Assembly: GCF_009914755.1 (NCBI RefSeq)
Contig: NC_060928.1
DNA: 64,000 nt
Source: the human T2T-CHM13v2.0 reference genome, Homo sapiens
Reading direction: 5' to 3' (one strand)
In this document: positions 1 to 15,256 of the stretch, in pieces
How the letters are laid out: the number at the start of each line of letters is the position of its first letter
Numbering within the stretch: position 1 is the stretch's first letter
Program-made: the position numbers and the translations under genes
The notes under the pieces: generated by a model
Told to the model about the DNA's origin: nothing
The model's database searches: none
The model's input: the letters and a program-made list of their open reading frames with translations, nothing else

Positions 1-806
1 CACTTTCTTTGCCTCAGCCAAATTATTTTTAGGAGGCCCTTTTTTGTATGCTCCGAAGAAATGAAACCATGCATAACATATTTATTTATTAATATTAAAT
101 AGGAAAATAAATAAATGAATGAAAAAGGAGATGAACAAGTATTTGTCCAAGTCTTTATCAGCAATAACTTCAAAGAAATCCATGTGGGAAAATGTCCTAT
201 GAAAGGTGTTTCCACACTTATGACTTGAGAACTTGGCAATAAAGCTTCACTTGTAAATGAATGTAGAATGTAAAAGAAAACAAAGTGAACTTCTAGGGAA
301 AACAGTATGATTCAAAACAAAGAAATAAAAGCTTTTCAAGAAACACCTTATAAAGCAGTTTTTTTTTTTAATTTTTTTTTTTTTTTTAGTATTCCTTCAT
401 GGTGTTCTTGAGTTTTATAGGGATTTTATTAATAGAAAACTGAGCCACTAAGGTCTTCAACCTTAGTTGATGTAAAGCACCATTCAGAACCATATGTATA
501 AATCTTCTGAAGATTTATGTGACCCTGAAATCCAACCTGGAGAAAACGTAATGTTAAATTCTTGCTTAGCACTTACTGGCAGATCGAAGCAAAATTATGC
601 AATTGATGAAGTTTATCTTTGGCGTACCATTCCTTCTTCCTGTTGAAACATCCATTTTCTGTGGTGATAACTCTCCCTTTCACTCCACCGGCCCAGGTGC
701 TTCACATTTTCTCATCCGTTAAACACAAGCTACGGAAAAGGAAATCTGTGCTATCACCATTTTCAAAACCTTGATAAAACTGGTGCTTTTAACAGAGTAA
801 ATTCCA

Positions 807-875
807 TGATCATGACAATGATGATAATGGTGATGATGATAATGCTGATGATAGTGATGATGATGATAATGATGA
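807..875. repeat. Degenerate (GAT/ATG)n trinucleotide microsatellite
   Basis: atgatcatgacaatgatgataatggtgatgatgat...gatgatgataatgatgac read directly. Confidence 0.85.
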
Positions 876-1321
876 CTTTTGAAGTTTTCTCAGAACTGAT
901 AACGTTTTATATCCTAGTTTCTTCCACCACCCATTCAACCACTCTTCTCTTTTTTTGAATGCATCCTGTCAATTCCTGAATCTGCTACTAAGTGAACCTT
1001 GCTCTGTGGAGTAACATTCCTTTCACTTGATTTGTCAATGTGGTTTTCTGTCTTTAATACTTAAAAAATAAAAAAAAATAGGAATAATACATGCTAGTAT
1101 CAAATTAAATGTTCTCTTTCTACCTCTTGTTCTTCATGCTCTCTCTTTCCCTCCTTCCGATAGTGCCAAAAATGTTTTTACGAAAAACTTCATTTTAGAA
1201 TATTTGTATTCAGTCTGCCTAGGATTTTTCTAACGGTTTTGTTCATTAGTTATACAACAATTTGAAGGTAAAGGCTATTATTTTTCCTTTATATCTTCCA
1301 AATAGTATTAAATATACTAGG

Positions 1322-1808
1322 TGTATTAGTTATCGATTGCTTCAAAACAAATTACCACAAATTTATCAACTTATAAGCACACACATTTATTATCTCACAG
1401 TTTCTGTGGGTCAGGAATCCAGATACTGCATAACTGGGTCATTTTCTTCTGGGTCTCTTACAAGTCTGCCATCAAGGTGTCAGCCATAGCTGTTTCATCT
1501 GAAAGCTCAACTAGGAAAGGTTTCACTTCTGAGTTCATTTGGTTTTGGAAGGATTTGGTTTCCTTCCTGTTATTGGACTGAGGGCCTCAGTTTCTTGCTG
1601 ATTGTTGGCAGTGGGCACCCAGAGAGAGGGAGATAATTTGTTAGTAAAATAAAAGTTACAGTCTTTATAAGCTAATCACAAAAGTGACACCCCTCAAGTT
1701 TGAGATATTTTATTGGTTAGGAACAAATTATTCAATAGACAGGGACTTACACAGCTCATAAATGGGGTTGGGGACACTGGGAGCCATCTTAGAAGTAACC
1801 TAACACAG
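1322..1808 (-). mobile_element. MaLR solo LTR, MLT1 family (MLT1E/F-like)
   Basis: Begins tgtattagttatcgattgct...caaattaccacaaa...atttattatctcacagtttctgtgggtcaggaatcc, the reverse complement of the MLT1 LTR 3' end; ends ...ctaacaca. Confidence 0.7.
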
Positions 1809-2669
1809 TATTTGCTAAACTGTATATCAATCATTTACAATTTATTTTGGCCTAAAATCCTTATATGCTGCTTTAATGAATATTTGTGTTTTAGGCATTT
1901 CTATGAATCAGTTCTTGTTATAAAAATTCAAAGCATGTGAAGAAAAGATGTTAGAACATGAGAAGTAGTAGAGCTTTCTAAAACTCTGTTTTGTCTCATT
2001 ACTTTTTCTTCATATTAAAAAATAGTTTAAAGATAATTCATAAACAAAACACTAGATCTTTAGTAATTTTGTATTTGGTGAAAAACTTATAATTTCCAAA
2101 TATTTCCTCATTATTAATACTTTTCTTGGACACAATTTTTACTTCTTAATTAACTATGAACTTATTAAAAACCTCTCCAATTTTTAAGACACTTAAATTC
2201 AAGAGATTTCTCCTTTTCACTTATCTGTGCTTAGCTTAGGAGAAAAAGCAACAACAATCAAAATATTTTTGATTTTTGATCCTAATAATATTCCTCAGAA
2301 GCAGACTATGAGACCCATGATCCTGTGTAAATAACTTGTTATGAAGTTCCTCCCAGGAGAAAGAGGTGAAGAAGTAAAAGATGCATAAAAGGGGAGGAAG
2401 AGAATTGAAGCAAAACTACATTTAAGGCAAAGCCCCAGTCTCAGCCTGCCCCCACGGGCTGGCTCTGGGTAAATAATGGTTTAGAAACTTGTCCAACTGG
2501 AATGGAAGCAAAGGGGATGGAACTTCAGTACTTCTGGACCAATCAGACATTTGTTAAAAGCTTTCCTAGGAGACCTAACTCAGACGCTTTCGGTTGTCTA
2601 CATGTGGGCAAGTTGGTTTCTGCAGCTTGAAGACAGTTTTGCAAAGAATGTTGCAGGTACTCACTATTA

Positions 2670-2700
<31 letters not shown>

Positions 2701-2703
2701 ATA
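2670..2703. repeat. (TAAA)n microsatellite
   Basis: About 8 perfect taaa units. Confidence 0.9.
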
Positions 2704-3239
2704 GCACAGAAGTTGGAGGAAGAGCACACAGCCTTAGTAAATGTGATCAGAAGTATGAGGGGGGAGTACCCACAATTGGACAGTAACCAATTAAGGCACT
2801 ATCAGTTACACTTGCCAGTCAAATTTTCCACTAATTTAGTTCTCTCCTGTTCTCTCCTTTTGGTATATTTCTTTTGTTTGTATTTTAATTTAAGCATATT
2901 TCTCGTAATTATACCTATATTTGTTCCCCTTCTCAAATCTTAGCTTTAATTGGAAACTGTTCTCCCAAAAAGACTCCTTACCCAAGAGAAAGTGCACCCT
3001 TTTTTTAAATCTTTCCTTCCTTACTGCCCCCCAACTCCATAAGTGATACCAAGATACAATGAAGAGTAAAATATTTGTTTTCTATTTTAAGAGCACCACA
3101 ATGATACTTTCTTTGTCTACTTCAACAAAAATGTCATTTAATGCTGTGACCCAAGACTACATATCATCAACGTGAATTAGCTTCTCATAATAATCAACGT
3201 TACTCTGTATCCTGTTTCACTTTATTCCTATGTCTCCCA

Positions 3240-3363
3240 TTTCTTCTTCTTCTTTCTTCTTCTCCTTCTTCTTCTCCTCTCCTCCTCCTCCTTCTTCTTC
3301 CTCTTCCTCTTCCTCTTCTTCTTCCTCCTCTTCTCCTCCTTCTTCTTCCTCTTCTTCTTCTTC
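3240..3363. repeat. (CTT/CCT)n pure polypyrimidine microsatellite
   Basis: About 120 bp made only of C and T; explains the low-complexity ORFs 3200..3382 and 3230..3451. Confidence 0.95.
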
Positions 3364-4244
3364 TGGAAGGAAAGGCAAACAAATTTATTTAAAGTGTATA
3401 CACGGGAGTCTTCATAATGAAGAGCCCTATTTCTCCCATTTCTATTGTTAACTTTGACAATCTGAACTTTAGCATATTATATTCCCACATGCTCGGAACC
3501 AAAGGAGCTATTCATTACCAAAATTATATCCAAACCCTTTGTTTCACAGGTGATAGCATTATTAAGTTAGTGTGTACTTTTATTATTTAAAGTATATTTT
3601 AAGGATGTGATTGTTTTGATAGTTAGGATTTTAGATGGATTATAGAATGTTTTTACTGTTTTCCCAGTGTCTAGCGTCAATTATTTTTAGGATACAGTCT
3701 TAGCATTTTTAAAATTTAAAATGCATAAATGAATATTAAAGAACCATGACATCTTAATTAATCCATGTCTTTTGTTTGCAAGGATTCCACAGGAAGAGGG
3801 AAATTTTATTTCCAAAAAGGGAGACATACAATTAACTTGAGTCCAATAGTAAAAAATCAGTATAATCAGGCTTCAAGTACATAAAATAAAGGCAAATTTA
3901 GATGGTTCCATTGCAATTGTAGATGATCATGAATCTTTTTATGGCATTTACACCATTAATGTGATCCAGTATCCAATTATTAAAAACAAATAAAGAAAAC
4001 ACAACAACAACAACAAAAAACAAAAACCTGTTGGGCACATTTTATGTGCCATGTTTTAGGTGCCCTATCTCTATTTGTTCACAACTTAATCTATCTTTTT
4101 CCACGAGCATAAACTTTCACAGATTCTATTATGTATATTTTTATTTACTTCATAATTTTTATTGACCTTTTACATTGGTTTGTGATTATATTGCTTTTTC
4201 ATGACAGAAAAGAAATAGGTAAATGTCCATTAAAAGGAAGATGA

Positions 4245-4598
<354 letters not shown>

Positions 4599-5949
4599 CT
4601 ACACGCTAGAAAAAGATCTTGTATTTAAAGAAAAGAAAGTACATGAAAATAGCAATAATTATTCTTTTTAACATTTACACTAATCTAATTCTCCCTTTTC
4701 TTGGAATATAGGAGAATTTAGGTCAGCCATGTGATTTTTGGCCCAGGGTTCATGAATAGGATTTAGATGAAAGTAGATGAAACAAAATTCCTCCCCTCAC
4801 CAGCATTTTTAAGCTGAGCTGATTTTCTTATAAATGTACAGCTATAAGATATACATATAATCAGTCTTAAATACAGGTATATTGTATAAGTAATTGTGTG
4901 TCTTTGCTTGTGTTCGTGTGTGCATACTTAGCTCATTTTTAAAGAAACGTTCAGAGTAGTGGCATCTTGAAGTACATCGCATGATAGACATAGGATATAG
5001 CAGCAACAAAATCTATGTAAATTGTTGGTTTATCTACTACAAAAATTTAATTCTTCTTATTCTTCCATTCCCATTTTACAAGGACCAAGTCTGAAACTAA
5101 AGTCTGCTCCTTGTTTTTTGCTAAAAATTTTAACATATTGTCATAGTTTATCTCCGATCCTATTCTCGCAGTCATTCTCTATTTCCCACCATACAGTAAT
5201 CCCCATGTTGAGTTCTCTAAACCACAGGAGAAGATAAAGATGTAATGCTATTCTGAATGTCTAATATAAAAGTGATTTTTCCTTTTTATATTATATTATG
5301 TATAATATTTTCAAATTAATATCTCTGCTCCTAAAAACGGTTTATTTTGTCTCAATCTAATGTTTAATCCACCTTTCAAAATGTTTTTGGAACTCAGCTT
5401 ATGCAAATTAATAATCATTTATTTTGTAGACTGGTGAAGTACAATTAATTTCTAAAGGAATTACAAATCCTTTGAAGAAAGGATTTTTACAATTTTTTAC
5501 AAATATTTTTGTATAACAATTATGTCTAAGCTGCCGTCATATTAAATTTCATTTTATGTTATTTTATTTTAAAAATAATCTGAGTTACCTCCCGTTTACT
5601 TGAAATATACCTCTCTACTGATTTGGAGAAAGATCTTAGAAGAGTGACTTAATGTGTTCACAACGGAGATGGTTAATGTTACAGCTTTCATAAATGGAAG
5701 GCTGCAATATAGTAATTTTTAAACCAAGATGTTGTACTCCTAATTATTGATGTGCTAATGCTGGTTCATAAGAGCAATTGTTACATTTTAGAAATTTTGT
5801 CATTTGATTCTTAAACACAGCCATTATTAAAAATTAAATTGCAAAAATGTGCTATTAAAATTTATATTATAAAGTCAATAAATATTCAACATTAATTTTT
5901 CTTAATTCTTTTACTAAATTCTACTTTTGCCTATGTTCTTGAGATCATG

Positions 5950-6768
5950 TCTAGTGGTTATGTATACTGTAAATATTACATAATGATTCAGTACTGCACA
6001 TCTCTTCCAAATCTGTTTAATAGCAATTATCTTGGTAGCTTGAAATTGGTCATTGTTGAAGTATTTACACCATGAAACTGGGTGTACATTGCAAATCAGA
6101 GCCTGATTTACAGTTTGATTGTCTAAACTTAAGAAAATAATGAAGAATACATTAATGCAGATTCAACTTAAAGTCTTTTATATCTATACACATTATATTG
6201 TGAACACCACCAAAAATTGAGGGACTATTTACCTCACTTTGAAAACTACCGAATTTAGCAAATAATTTACTCATGCCGTTGACAAACAATTGAAGTTCTA
6301 ATGTAGGCCTTTATTGTTTCGTGTTGCTTTACCCATCAGTGTAAAGAAAAATATCAATTATAGAATTCATGTTGGAACTACTCTTATTAACCACTTACTT
6401 GAGTGATTTCTCCTGATTCATTACTAATTAAGCATTATGCATAGTCTTACTTTGTTACATATTGTTGATGATAGAATGCTAAATACTGATAGCCGATTTT
6501 CTGAGTAGATACACTGAATTTATGAGTACACTTAAAAAAATAGTGTAAATGTATTTTAATTTTTACTTATAAAATTATGTAAAGACAGAAATAGACAAAT
6601 AGTAACCCTCAAGTGGTATTATGAAATTTACTAGCATATATAGGTATACATACACACATATGCATGTTATACAAACCCACATGCACATACACACAAAACA
6701 AATGCCTCATCCCATACATCTTTCCTTTTTCAAAGAGCCATTATTAAACATTTACTAGCACACAATCG
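5950..6768. mobile_element. hAT DNA-transposon fossil (MER63-like)
   Basis: ttggtagcttgaaattggtcattgttgaagtatttacaccatg and terminal agagccattattaaacatttactagcacacaatcg resemble the remembered MER63 consensus; boundaries approximate. Confidence 0.5.
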
Positions 6769-7301
6769 CCCAGCATTATACTTCAGGGACTCATTATCTC
6801 TCACTGGAGCATTGAAATAACCTTTCCTATCCTTTTCCAGTTCTCCACTTTACCACTATATCTCATTTGTGCACTTTACAATCCAGTAATAAGGACCTGT
6901 TAATATTTCTTATACACATCCTTGGTGTTCAATAACTACATGACTTTTCTTCATGTTTCCTCCTGTTAAAATTCCTTTTCTCCTTTTTTCACTATCAAAA
7001 CTCATTCATCATGACCTTGCTGAGGTGCGTTGTATACACAGTAGATTTCCATTATTCATCTCTTGGTCTCATATAATTGTGCTTTGTTTAAATTTATGTG
7101 AACGTCAGTTTATTTAGTTGTGTTTGTTATTTCCTCTGCCTATATTTATTCAAGTCTTCATATGTGCCAGATATTATTTCAGGAAGGAGGGTGGGATCAG
7201 AAAAAAAAAAGACATGGATCTCTGACCTCACAGAGACTAGCTATGAGGCATTATCTAGGCTAGTGATGAGGAATGTCAATTGTGGATTCATTATAGGTAC
7301 T

Positions 7302-7604
7302 TGTTTTAGTCTGCTCAGGCTGCTATACAAAATACCATAGGCTGGATGGCTGAAACCACAGACATTTCTTACAATTCTGGGTGCCTTCTAGCTATAGTCT
7401 CATATGATGGAGCGAGGAAGCTCTGATATTTCTTCCTTTCTTTTTAGGATAATTAATTTCATCATAGGGCTCCACCCTTTTGACCTTATCAAATTGAGTC
7501 ACTTCCAAAATCCCCACATCCTAATTCCATTATTACTACCATATTCGGAGTTGGGGCTTAGGAATATGAATTTTGGGGGAAGACAGTATTCAGTCCACAA
7601 CAGC
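7302..7604 (-). mobile_element. MaLR LTR (MLT1A-like), internally deleted
   Basis: tgttttagtctgctcaggctgctatacaaaataccataggctgg ... aatatgaattttggggga...attcagtccacaaca. Confidence 0.7.
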
Positions 7605-8828
7605 ACTTAAACTTTAGCCATGATGAGGATGATGATAAGGATTCAAGATTAATTTCCCTTATAACTTGTGTTAGTTAGGATTTTATGTATTTATGTGACT
7701 TAAGATAAAATTTCTCTGTAAATTCTGAAGTGTCCTTTCTTTTCCTGGGTCCACCTGTTTGTGATTTATTACTGAGAGATAAATTGAATATTACAAGAGA
7801 AAAAATCAAATATTATGTATATTTTTATATTTTGTATGGTTACAGGAAATGAGGTTCTTATGCATTTACATTTTTAAAAATTCAGCTTATAGATCTAATT
7901 GTGAGTATTTTTGCTAAAAAATAAACAGTAGGAAATACAAGTAATCAATTTAAAAACTGTGAAGTGGAAATATATTATTGCCAACTTAGATCTCTGAAGT
8001 TTAAAAATAAATTTATGAGTTTGTTCTAAGATAGGACAGAATGGTGATGGCTATTATTTTCTTAGATTAGTGATCAAACTTTTGCTCGAAAAAAATAGTT
8101 CTATTTCTCTCTAACAACATGTTTCTAAAGGCTTTTTGATCTTGAAGATAAATTCTTACTTCCTATAAATAATACTTAATATATTTCTATTTACAATATT
8201 TGGACATGATCATTGCTTAAAGATATTTAATAGAGGTGAGACAATAGCCTCTAGAGTATTTTAAATATAGCTGCATTTACATTAACAAGTCATAGATTCT
8301 CTAATATATGATGTGTGTATGTGCATATATACACACATTTATATTTACTTTCATTTGCTTCACACATACTTATCATGCAGAGACTTTCATCACATTCTAG
8401 ATAAAGAAAAATCAAGATGAACAAATTTTGAAAGCCTATTTCTGTGGAGTCCCACATCTCTTGCTTCATCCTGAAACAGGGTATATATAAAATTATAATT
8501 TGGTAATGAGATTTATTAAAGAGGATGCATGGTTTCCTTGAATGATGAGATCACAATTGTTTTGCATAAATAAGTTTAGCCAATGGTCATATGAAATAAC
8601 ACAAATTCAGTGGCAAATCAGATTTAATTTGGCAGAAAATATAAATAGAGAAGAACAAGAGATATTTTACACTTTGAAAATAAGTAAATATTTGAATTAA
8701 TAGGTCTTGGGATTTTAAATTATTGGTTATAGACAAAATTGTACTAGAAATATTTATAGCATTTGATAAACAAAGCCCTGAGTTTGAAAAGTAACACAAA
8801 GTTGTAGTTTTAAATATTTATCTTTCTA

Positions 8829-9123
8829 GGCTGGACTCAGTGATTCACGCTTGTAACCCTAACATTTTGGGAGGCCAAGGTGGGCAGATTGCTTGAGCCC
8901 AGGAGTTCAAGACCAGCCTGGGCAACGTGATGAAACACCATCTCTACAAAAAAATACAAAATATTAGCCAGGCATTGTGGCATGAGTCTGTAGTCCCAGC
9001 TACTCAGGAGGCTGAGGTGGGAGGATCACCTGAGCCCAGGAGGAGGAGTCTGAAGTGGGCCAAGATCACACCACTGCACTCCAGTCTGGGCGATGGAGTG
9101 AGACTGTGTCAAAAAAAAAAAAA
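8829..9123 (+). mobile_element. Alu SINE (AluJ-like)
   Basis: gcttgagcccaggagttcaagaccagcctgggcaac and gaggatcacctgagcccagg are J-type; A tail; partial TSD tatctttc(t/c)a. Confidence 0.95.
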
Positions 9124-10392
9124 TATCTTTCCAGGCCATTTATTAGAATTTTTCATTAATTTTATACAAATCTGCCTAAAGATCTATATAAGGTTTTTAA
9201 ATATTTTGCATTTTATAATCTAAAGTGTTCTCAAGAACACTGATAATTTAAAACTAGTTCATCATTCAGATTAAAGATTTTTGAGAAAGTGAACTAAGTA
9301 AGAAGAATATCTTTGCAATAAGATTGACTGAGAAGCTTCAATATATGAAACTCCTGACTGTTATACCAAAGAGGATCAAGCAATGCTTGCTCTTCAGTTT
9401 CTCAGTTTTAAGTGGATTTGGGACTATTTTAATATCTTTGTTTATGTTATTGACAGAATCATTACATATTGTTATCAAAATCAACTTCTAACACTGTGAT
9501 TCCACATTAGCCATATTTTAGGATTGCAGAATACATAAATTGCTAAAATTAACCATCTTACTATTCTACTTGAGTTTTCGTAATGGAAGAAAAGGATGCT
9601 TTATTGCTCCTTAATGTTTTGTAAACCTAATTTAGATAGAGCTAAGCAATATACAGAAGTCACGAGCTTGTTGTAGTTGAAAAGTGTCTTTTGTTGTTTA
9701 ATTTTTATAAGTGTGGAAAAACATTTGAAACTTTTCCTGATACCCTTCTAACCTACTTACTAAGTTTGTTCTTTGTATTCTTATACTTAGGTATTCTTGT
9801 ATTTTAGTGTGGTTTATTTGGTCCTAGTGCTTTGAATTTGTTTGAAGAAAAATCGTCATTTTATGAATCCAATCGTTTGCATAAAACAATTTTTTGAAAT
9901 ATCTCACAGAATAATTTATTATTTATTTATTTATTTTTTAGGATTCGGAAGGAATTTAGAAAAAATTTCTAGAAATGTTTCTTCTCTGTGTCCAATGGAG
10001 AGATCTTCAGAGTGGTGGTTAGAAATGCTGGATCCAGAGCCAGCCTTGCTAGAGAGGAATCTTGTCTCCATAACTAATGTGTTAACCTGGGACAACTAGT
10101 TTAACGTCTCTAAATTTCAAGTGGAGGTTTAGAAATGGAGCACTGGGAAGCAGTTGCAGGCCTCCTGTGAAATTCTCTTTTCTACAGCCTTCATGAAATG
10201 AGCGATTTGGTTAGATTACAGTATGTTATATGGATAAGAGTCATTCCTGAGGTCATGTTCCTCATTTATATATTAAATCAGTATTCATTGAGTTCTTTTT
10301 ATGTTTTAGACACTGTTCAAATTGTGAATAAGAGAGACAAGATTCTTGCTCTGGAGTAGTATACATCTTAGGTGGGTTCGAAAAAATATAAG

Positions 10393-10733
<341 letters not shown>

Positions 10734-11215
10734 TCAATAATAAAAAAAGGTACTTTCACAGAGTGTTGTATTTAATGAAGGAAATAGGCAAATTTGAGAA
10801 TAGAAGGTGAGAGAGACACTTTGGTTACAATAATCAGGATAAAACTCTTAGCTATAAGGACTTCTGAGCAGAGATTATCGACTAGAATAATCTATACATT
10901 TAAGGACTTGGGGAGAAAATCCGAGGTAGAAAGAAATTCAAGTCAATATCCATAGGCAGAGTTAAGTTTCTATTATATGAGAAAGAGAGATGTAGCTAAT
11001 ACAGTGGGGTTTAGTCAATAAAGAACAGAGCCATGAAGGCCAAAAGTCCAGACAGAAGATTATAGAGACTGGGATCAGGGAAGTGAAGAAGAGTTAGTGG
11101 CAAGGGTTCAGAGAAGAGTACAGAGACTGAGCAACTTGACATAGGTAGTGGTGCCACTAAAACTAGGGAAAAAGAAGGTTTGAGGTGAATATTCAAGACT
11201 GATTTTTACATAGCA

Positions 11216-11600
11216 TTGTGGATTGAATTGTGTTCCCCTAAAATTCATATGTTGAAGTCATAACATCCAGTATCTTGGAATATGACAACATTTGGAGATA
11301 AGGCCTTTAAATATGTAATTAAGGTACACTGAAGTCATTAGAATGGAGCCCTAATCCATTGTGACTGGTGCCCTTTAGGAAGAAGGTGTCACCAGGAATG
11401 CACATGCCCAAAGGAAGGCCCATGTGAGAGCACAGTGAGGTGTCCAACTGCATGCTAAGGAGAGCGGCCTCAGAAGAAACCTTCCTTGCTGGGACCTTAA
11501 TCTTGGACTTCCAGCTTCTAGAACTGTGACAAAATAAATTGTTGTTTTATAGCCACCCAGATGCTAGTATTTTTTATGGCAGCCCTAACAGATTAATTCA
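11216..11600 (+). mobile_element. MaLR solo LTR (MLT1A/B-like)
   Basis: tgtggattgaattgtgttcccctaaaattcatatgttgaagtc ... ttggacttccagcttctagaactgtgacaaaataaatt ... atggcagccctaacagattaattca. Confidence 0.85.
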
Positions 11601-12699
11601 CGCAGTAAGTATTTTGGGATGCACAGCACAACCAGCTAAAATGAAAAGTAAAATATTGAAATGAAGAGATGCTAGAGTGAGAAATTAAAATTTTAAAGAC
11701 AACAGATTCAATATATAACCAAGATTACCTAGAACTATTTATGAATCTTAGTATAGTTTCTGCAGATGGGGAAGTGAATCATATTCCTCAAATTGCAGAT
11801 AAGTTAAGAGGTAATCCCTGGAAAACTCACTGGTTCTGTTCATTGTTTCCACAATGCCATTTATAGAAAAACAACACTACTATTGGGCTCCAGAATTGAT
11901 AAAAAGAGACACAGTCTAGTTTCAGAACTTGGATCCAATAATACATAGGTGACAGGCTTCTAATAATTAGGGATCCGTGTAAGAACGTTAATTGTTTATA
12001 AAGCTTGGGTATAAAGAGGACGTAAAAAAATTAGGTATTAATCATTGAGGAAATTGAAAACAAGAATAGTTTTCCAATTCTGAATCCAGGCAGTAAGACT
12101 TGAAGAAAAACTAGAACTGAATATGCTGAATGGAATTTTCAGATGCCTTGCTCAGTCTTTGGGACATTGATCAAAAGAGATTGAAGGCATGGCTTCCACA
12201 CCTGAATGGGGAAGCAGAGACCTTCAAACCCACAAAGCCCTGAGTAAATATTATTTTAGCTTGAAAGGTTGAAATAAGCCAGGGGCCCTCATGCTATGAG
12301 AGAAAAACTGATTTAATTAGGCTAAAGTAAGGACTATTTATCAGATTCAGATTCTCAAATATCTATTCTCAAATAATACAATAACATATTTTTCTAATAT
12401 CTCTTTTAACTTCTGAGAGGCCTGTGAACACAGAGAGATGGGCTCCTTGTATGATGAGGACATCATTTTGGGCCTGGTTTCCTTCACACATTCTCCTAAA
12501 TGTAGACATTACCAAGTTGAAAATTTAAGGTAAGCTGGTACCTCATCCTTGTGGTGAATTTAGAAATTTAGAAAGGACTATCATTTCTAAGAAAGAGAGA
12601 GAATAAAAAAGAAAAAAAATGAAAGTAAAAGAAAAGTGATCCTTAAGGCAGTTATCTAAGGTCACTTATGATCTAATCCTCTCATCTTTTATCCCTCTA

Positions 12700-13175
12700 G
12701 TAAAGCCTCAAGTTTGCTCAGCTGTTGTCTCAGGGGAAGCAGATCCCCTCAACCCACCCCAGATGAGGACTGACTGGTCCAATGTGAAGCGAATTCCTCT
12801 CATTTGTGTTTGGTTCAGAGATGGACATGTGACCTATTTGTAACCAATAATTCATGAGAGAAGTCTGCTACAAGGTGTCTTCTGGAAAAGATTTTGCTGC
12901 ACGAAGAGAATGTTTCTGTCTTTTTCAGGATACATTTATAGCTAGATATAATGCCTGGAACTGCTTCACACACAGAATATAAAACTAAATTGAGAATGAC
13001 ACTGCAAGAGAATGAAAAGAATCTGTATCTTTGATGGCCTCATGAAGTCACTTAAACAACTTAATCTGAAACTTGCCTACCTTGGGGCTTCGTGTTATAA
13101 GAGTATACATATTCTTTAAGCCACTTTGAGTCAGATCTTCTGTTACTTATGGCAAAACCATCCTATTTAATGCAG
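12700..13175 (+). mobile_element. Old MaLR LTR (MLT1J/K-like)
   Basis: ttggttcagagatggacatgtgacc ... tttaagccactttgagtcagatcttctgttacttatggc; diverged, boundaries approximate. Confidence 0.5.
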
Positions 13176-15256
13176 GAGAGGAGCTTACATTATTGGTTGA
13201 CATATCAAAGAACTTGCTTTACTGGTAGACATGTATATATTTTTAAAGCTGGCATGCCTCATTCATCTTTGCTCATAGGGCTGGAGCCATCTCCTCCATA
13301 AGAGTGAAACACAGCTGCAACAAACTGTATTATTTGCCTGAAACCCTGGGCATGTATAAGATCACAAGACATAGAATTGAGTTAGAAAAGAATCTCTATT
13401 CCCAAGAAAACAGTATTCTTCTAGGGAAAGGAAACTGTTCAGTGTCTCACAAATAAATTGCAATGAAGTTTGCCAATGGAAATGGAATGGACAACTTGAA
13501 CTTGAGGGAAAATGAACAAGATGAAGAGCAAAGGAAACCTTGCCCTGGAAATACACAGGGGATGCAAGCATGTCTTGAGAGTTCTCTCCAGAAGAATATT
13601 CAATGAAAAGTTCAAGTTACTTAGAAATTTAAACTTTGTTCCTGTAATTGGAAAATCATTCTGAGTTTTTTTATTTTTTATATATATTTTTAAGATTCTT
13701 ACAGTTTGACTATACACTCTGGTAGGTAAAGGCTGAAGGAGTAAAGTGGCATCGAGAAAGGGCATCTTTTCTACCTTAGATCCCTACAGATACTAGACTT
13801 TGTCGCACCAGAAGAATTAAGAAATAAAAAAGTTTAGAAAAACTTTTAAGAGTGACATATACAAAAAAAAAAAAGATTAAAAGGATCAGCAAACTTCTTG
13901 TCTAAATAATAATAAAAAAAATAATTTAGAACACACAGTAATACTTAGATTTAGAATCATGACAAACTGCTAATCTCAGTGTTCACTTAAGTTTTAATTC
14001 TGGTTTTGAACTGGAGAGAAATGAATACAAGAAAAAGCAATATGTGGTATTCGGTGTAAGTTTTTTGCTTCGTTTTCCCCCACTCCCTGATCTTGATGTT
14101 AAACTATAAAATTCAGTACTTCTTTCAAGTGGATATTCTTCTTCTTAAAGGAGCTATGCTATCTTAGAGAGTGTCATATAATGTGTACACTGAGTCAGTT
14201 AGTTTTTAAAATTGGAGGATGTTGGGTAGTAAGACATATGTTCCTGTAGCAGAATAAAGAGCATAAAAGGAAATTCTACATCACAGAGACTCAAAATAGA
14301 TTTTTAGAAAAAATAGTCTGAAGAGAAGATTGGAAGTCTCTTGTCTCTTCAAAATGAAAGATAACTCTTCAAAGTGAAAGATAACTCTAGTAGTAAGTGG
14401 AAAACAATGAAAAGTGACATCACAGGACCTATAAAACAACAAAAGAAGATAATATAATAAAAAGGATATGTAGGTAAAAGTAAAAATTAGGGTTTAAAGG
14501 AGAGAGAAATAACGTGGTAATTGATTAAGTTAAATAAAGTCTTAATGTAGTATCTATAACTCTTCTTGTATTGTACCTTGTTCAAAGTAAGCTGTAAGTA
14601 GCTGCCTTTTCAGTGTTAAACGAGTCAAGATAAACTGTTTCCTGTTTCTCTGACTTGAAAGAAAATTGAAGAAGCATATGTATCTAAAATAGGTTGGTTA
14701 CTGCCAGCAATTTAGGCAGCATGTAGACACCCAGTGTATCCTGGCTGACTTTTCATTTTACAGATGAGGATACCTAGGCTTAGAAAACTTAAACAGATTT
14801 GCATATATCTAGTCGATTAGAGGAGCCCAAGACTAAATATGCAGTTCTCAACTCCTAGGTAACTTCCATCTGCTAAGTTTTCCAACGACAGTTCATTTTT
14901 GAACTGTGCAAATTCAATAGTTGTTTTCGTTTTAAGTGTGACTACCTTTCCTTTATAATCATTTTAATCAAGATTTCACATATAAAAGTACTAAGAGAGG
15001 TCCTAGACTGGCATGGGCTTATATTGTCATATAGAGGGATAGGATGGTTATCGAAATAATAATTTATGAGATGGTAAACTGGAATATACACTCTGCTTCT
15101 TTCAGGACCTTTTACTTGGTTAGCATTCTTCCCATTTATTGACCTTAAAGATCAGCAACTTTTTGAATATGTATCTTTACTGTTTTTCTAGGGGTCTTCC
15201 ATGGAGCAGAAGTATATATTAAGTAATTACCTTCGGAGGATACCAAATAAAAATAC

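Noticed and set aside
2290-2780. Possible LTR33/LTR16-like ERVL LTR remnant (similar sequence at ~62150-62595)
   Set aside because: Too diverged to assign family or boundaries by eye.
3200-3451. Arg-rich (protamine-like) and Ser-rich ORFs
   Set aside because: Both come from the (CTT/CCT)n repeat.
14345-14388. 20-bp tandem duplication (a similar one lies near 52283-52318)
   Set aside because: Ordinary slippage duplications with two units and no spacers; not CRISPR-like.
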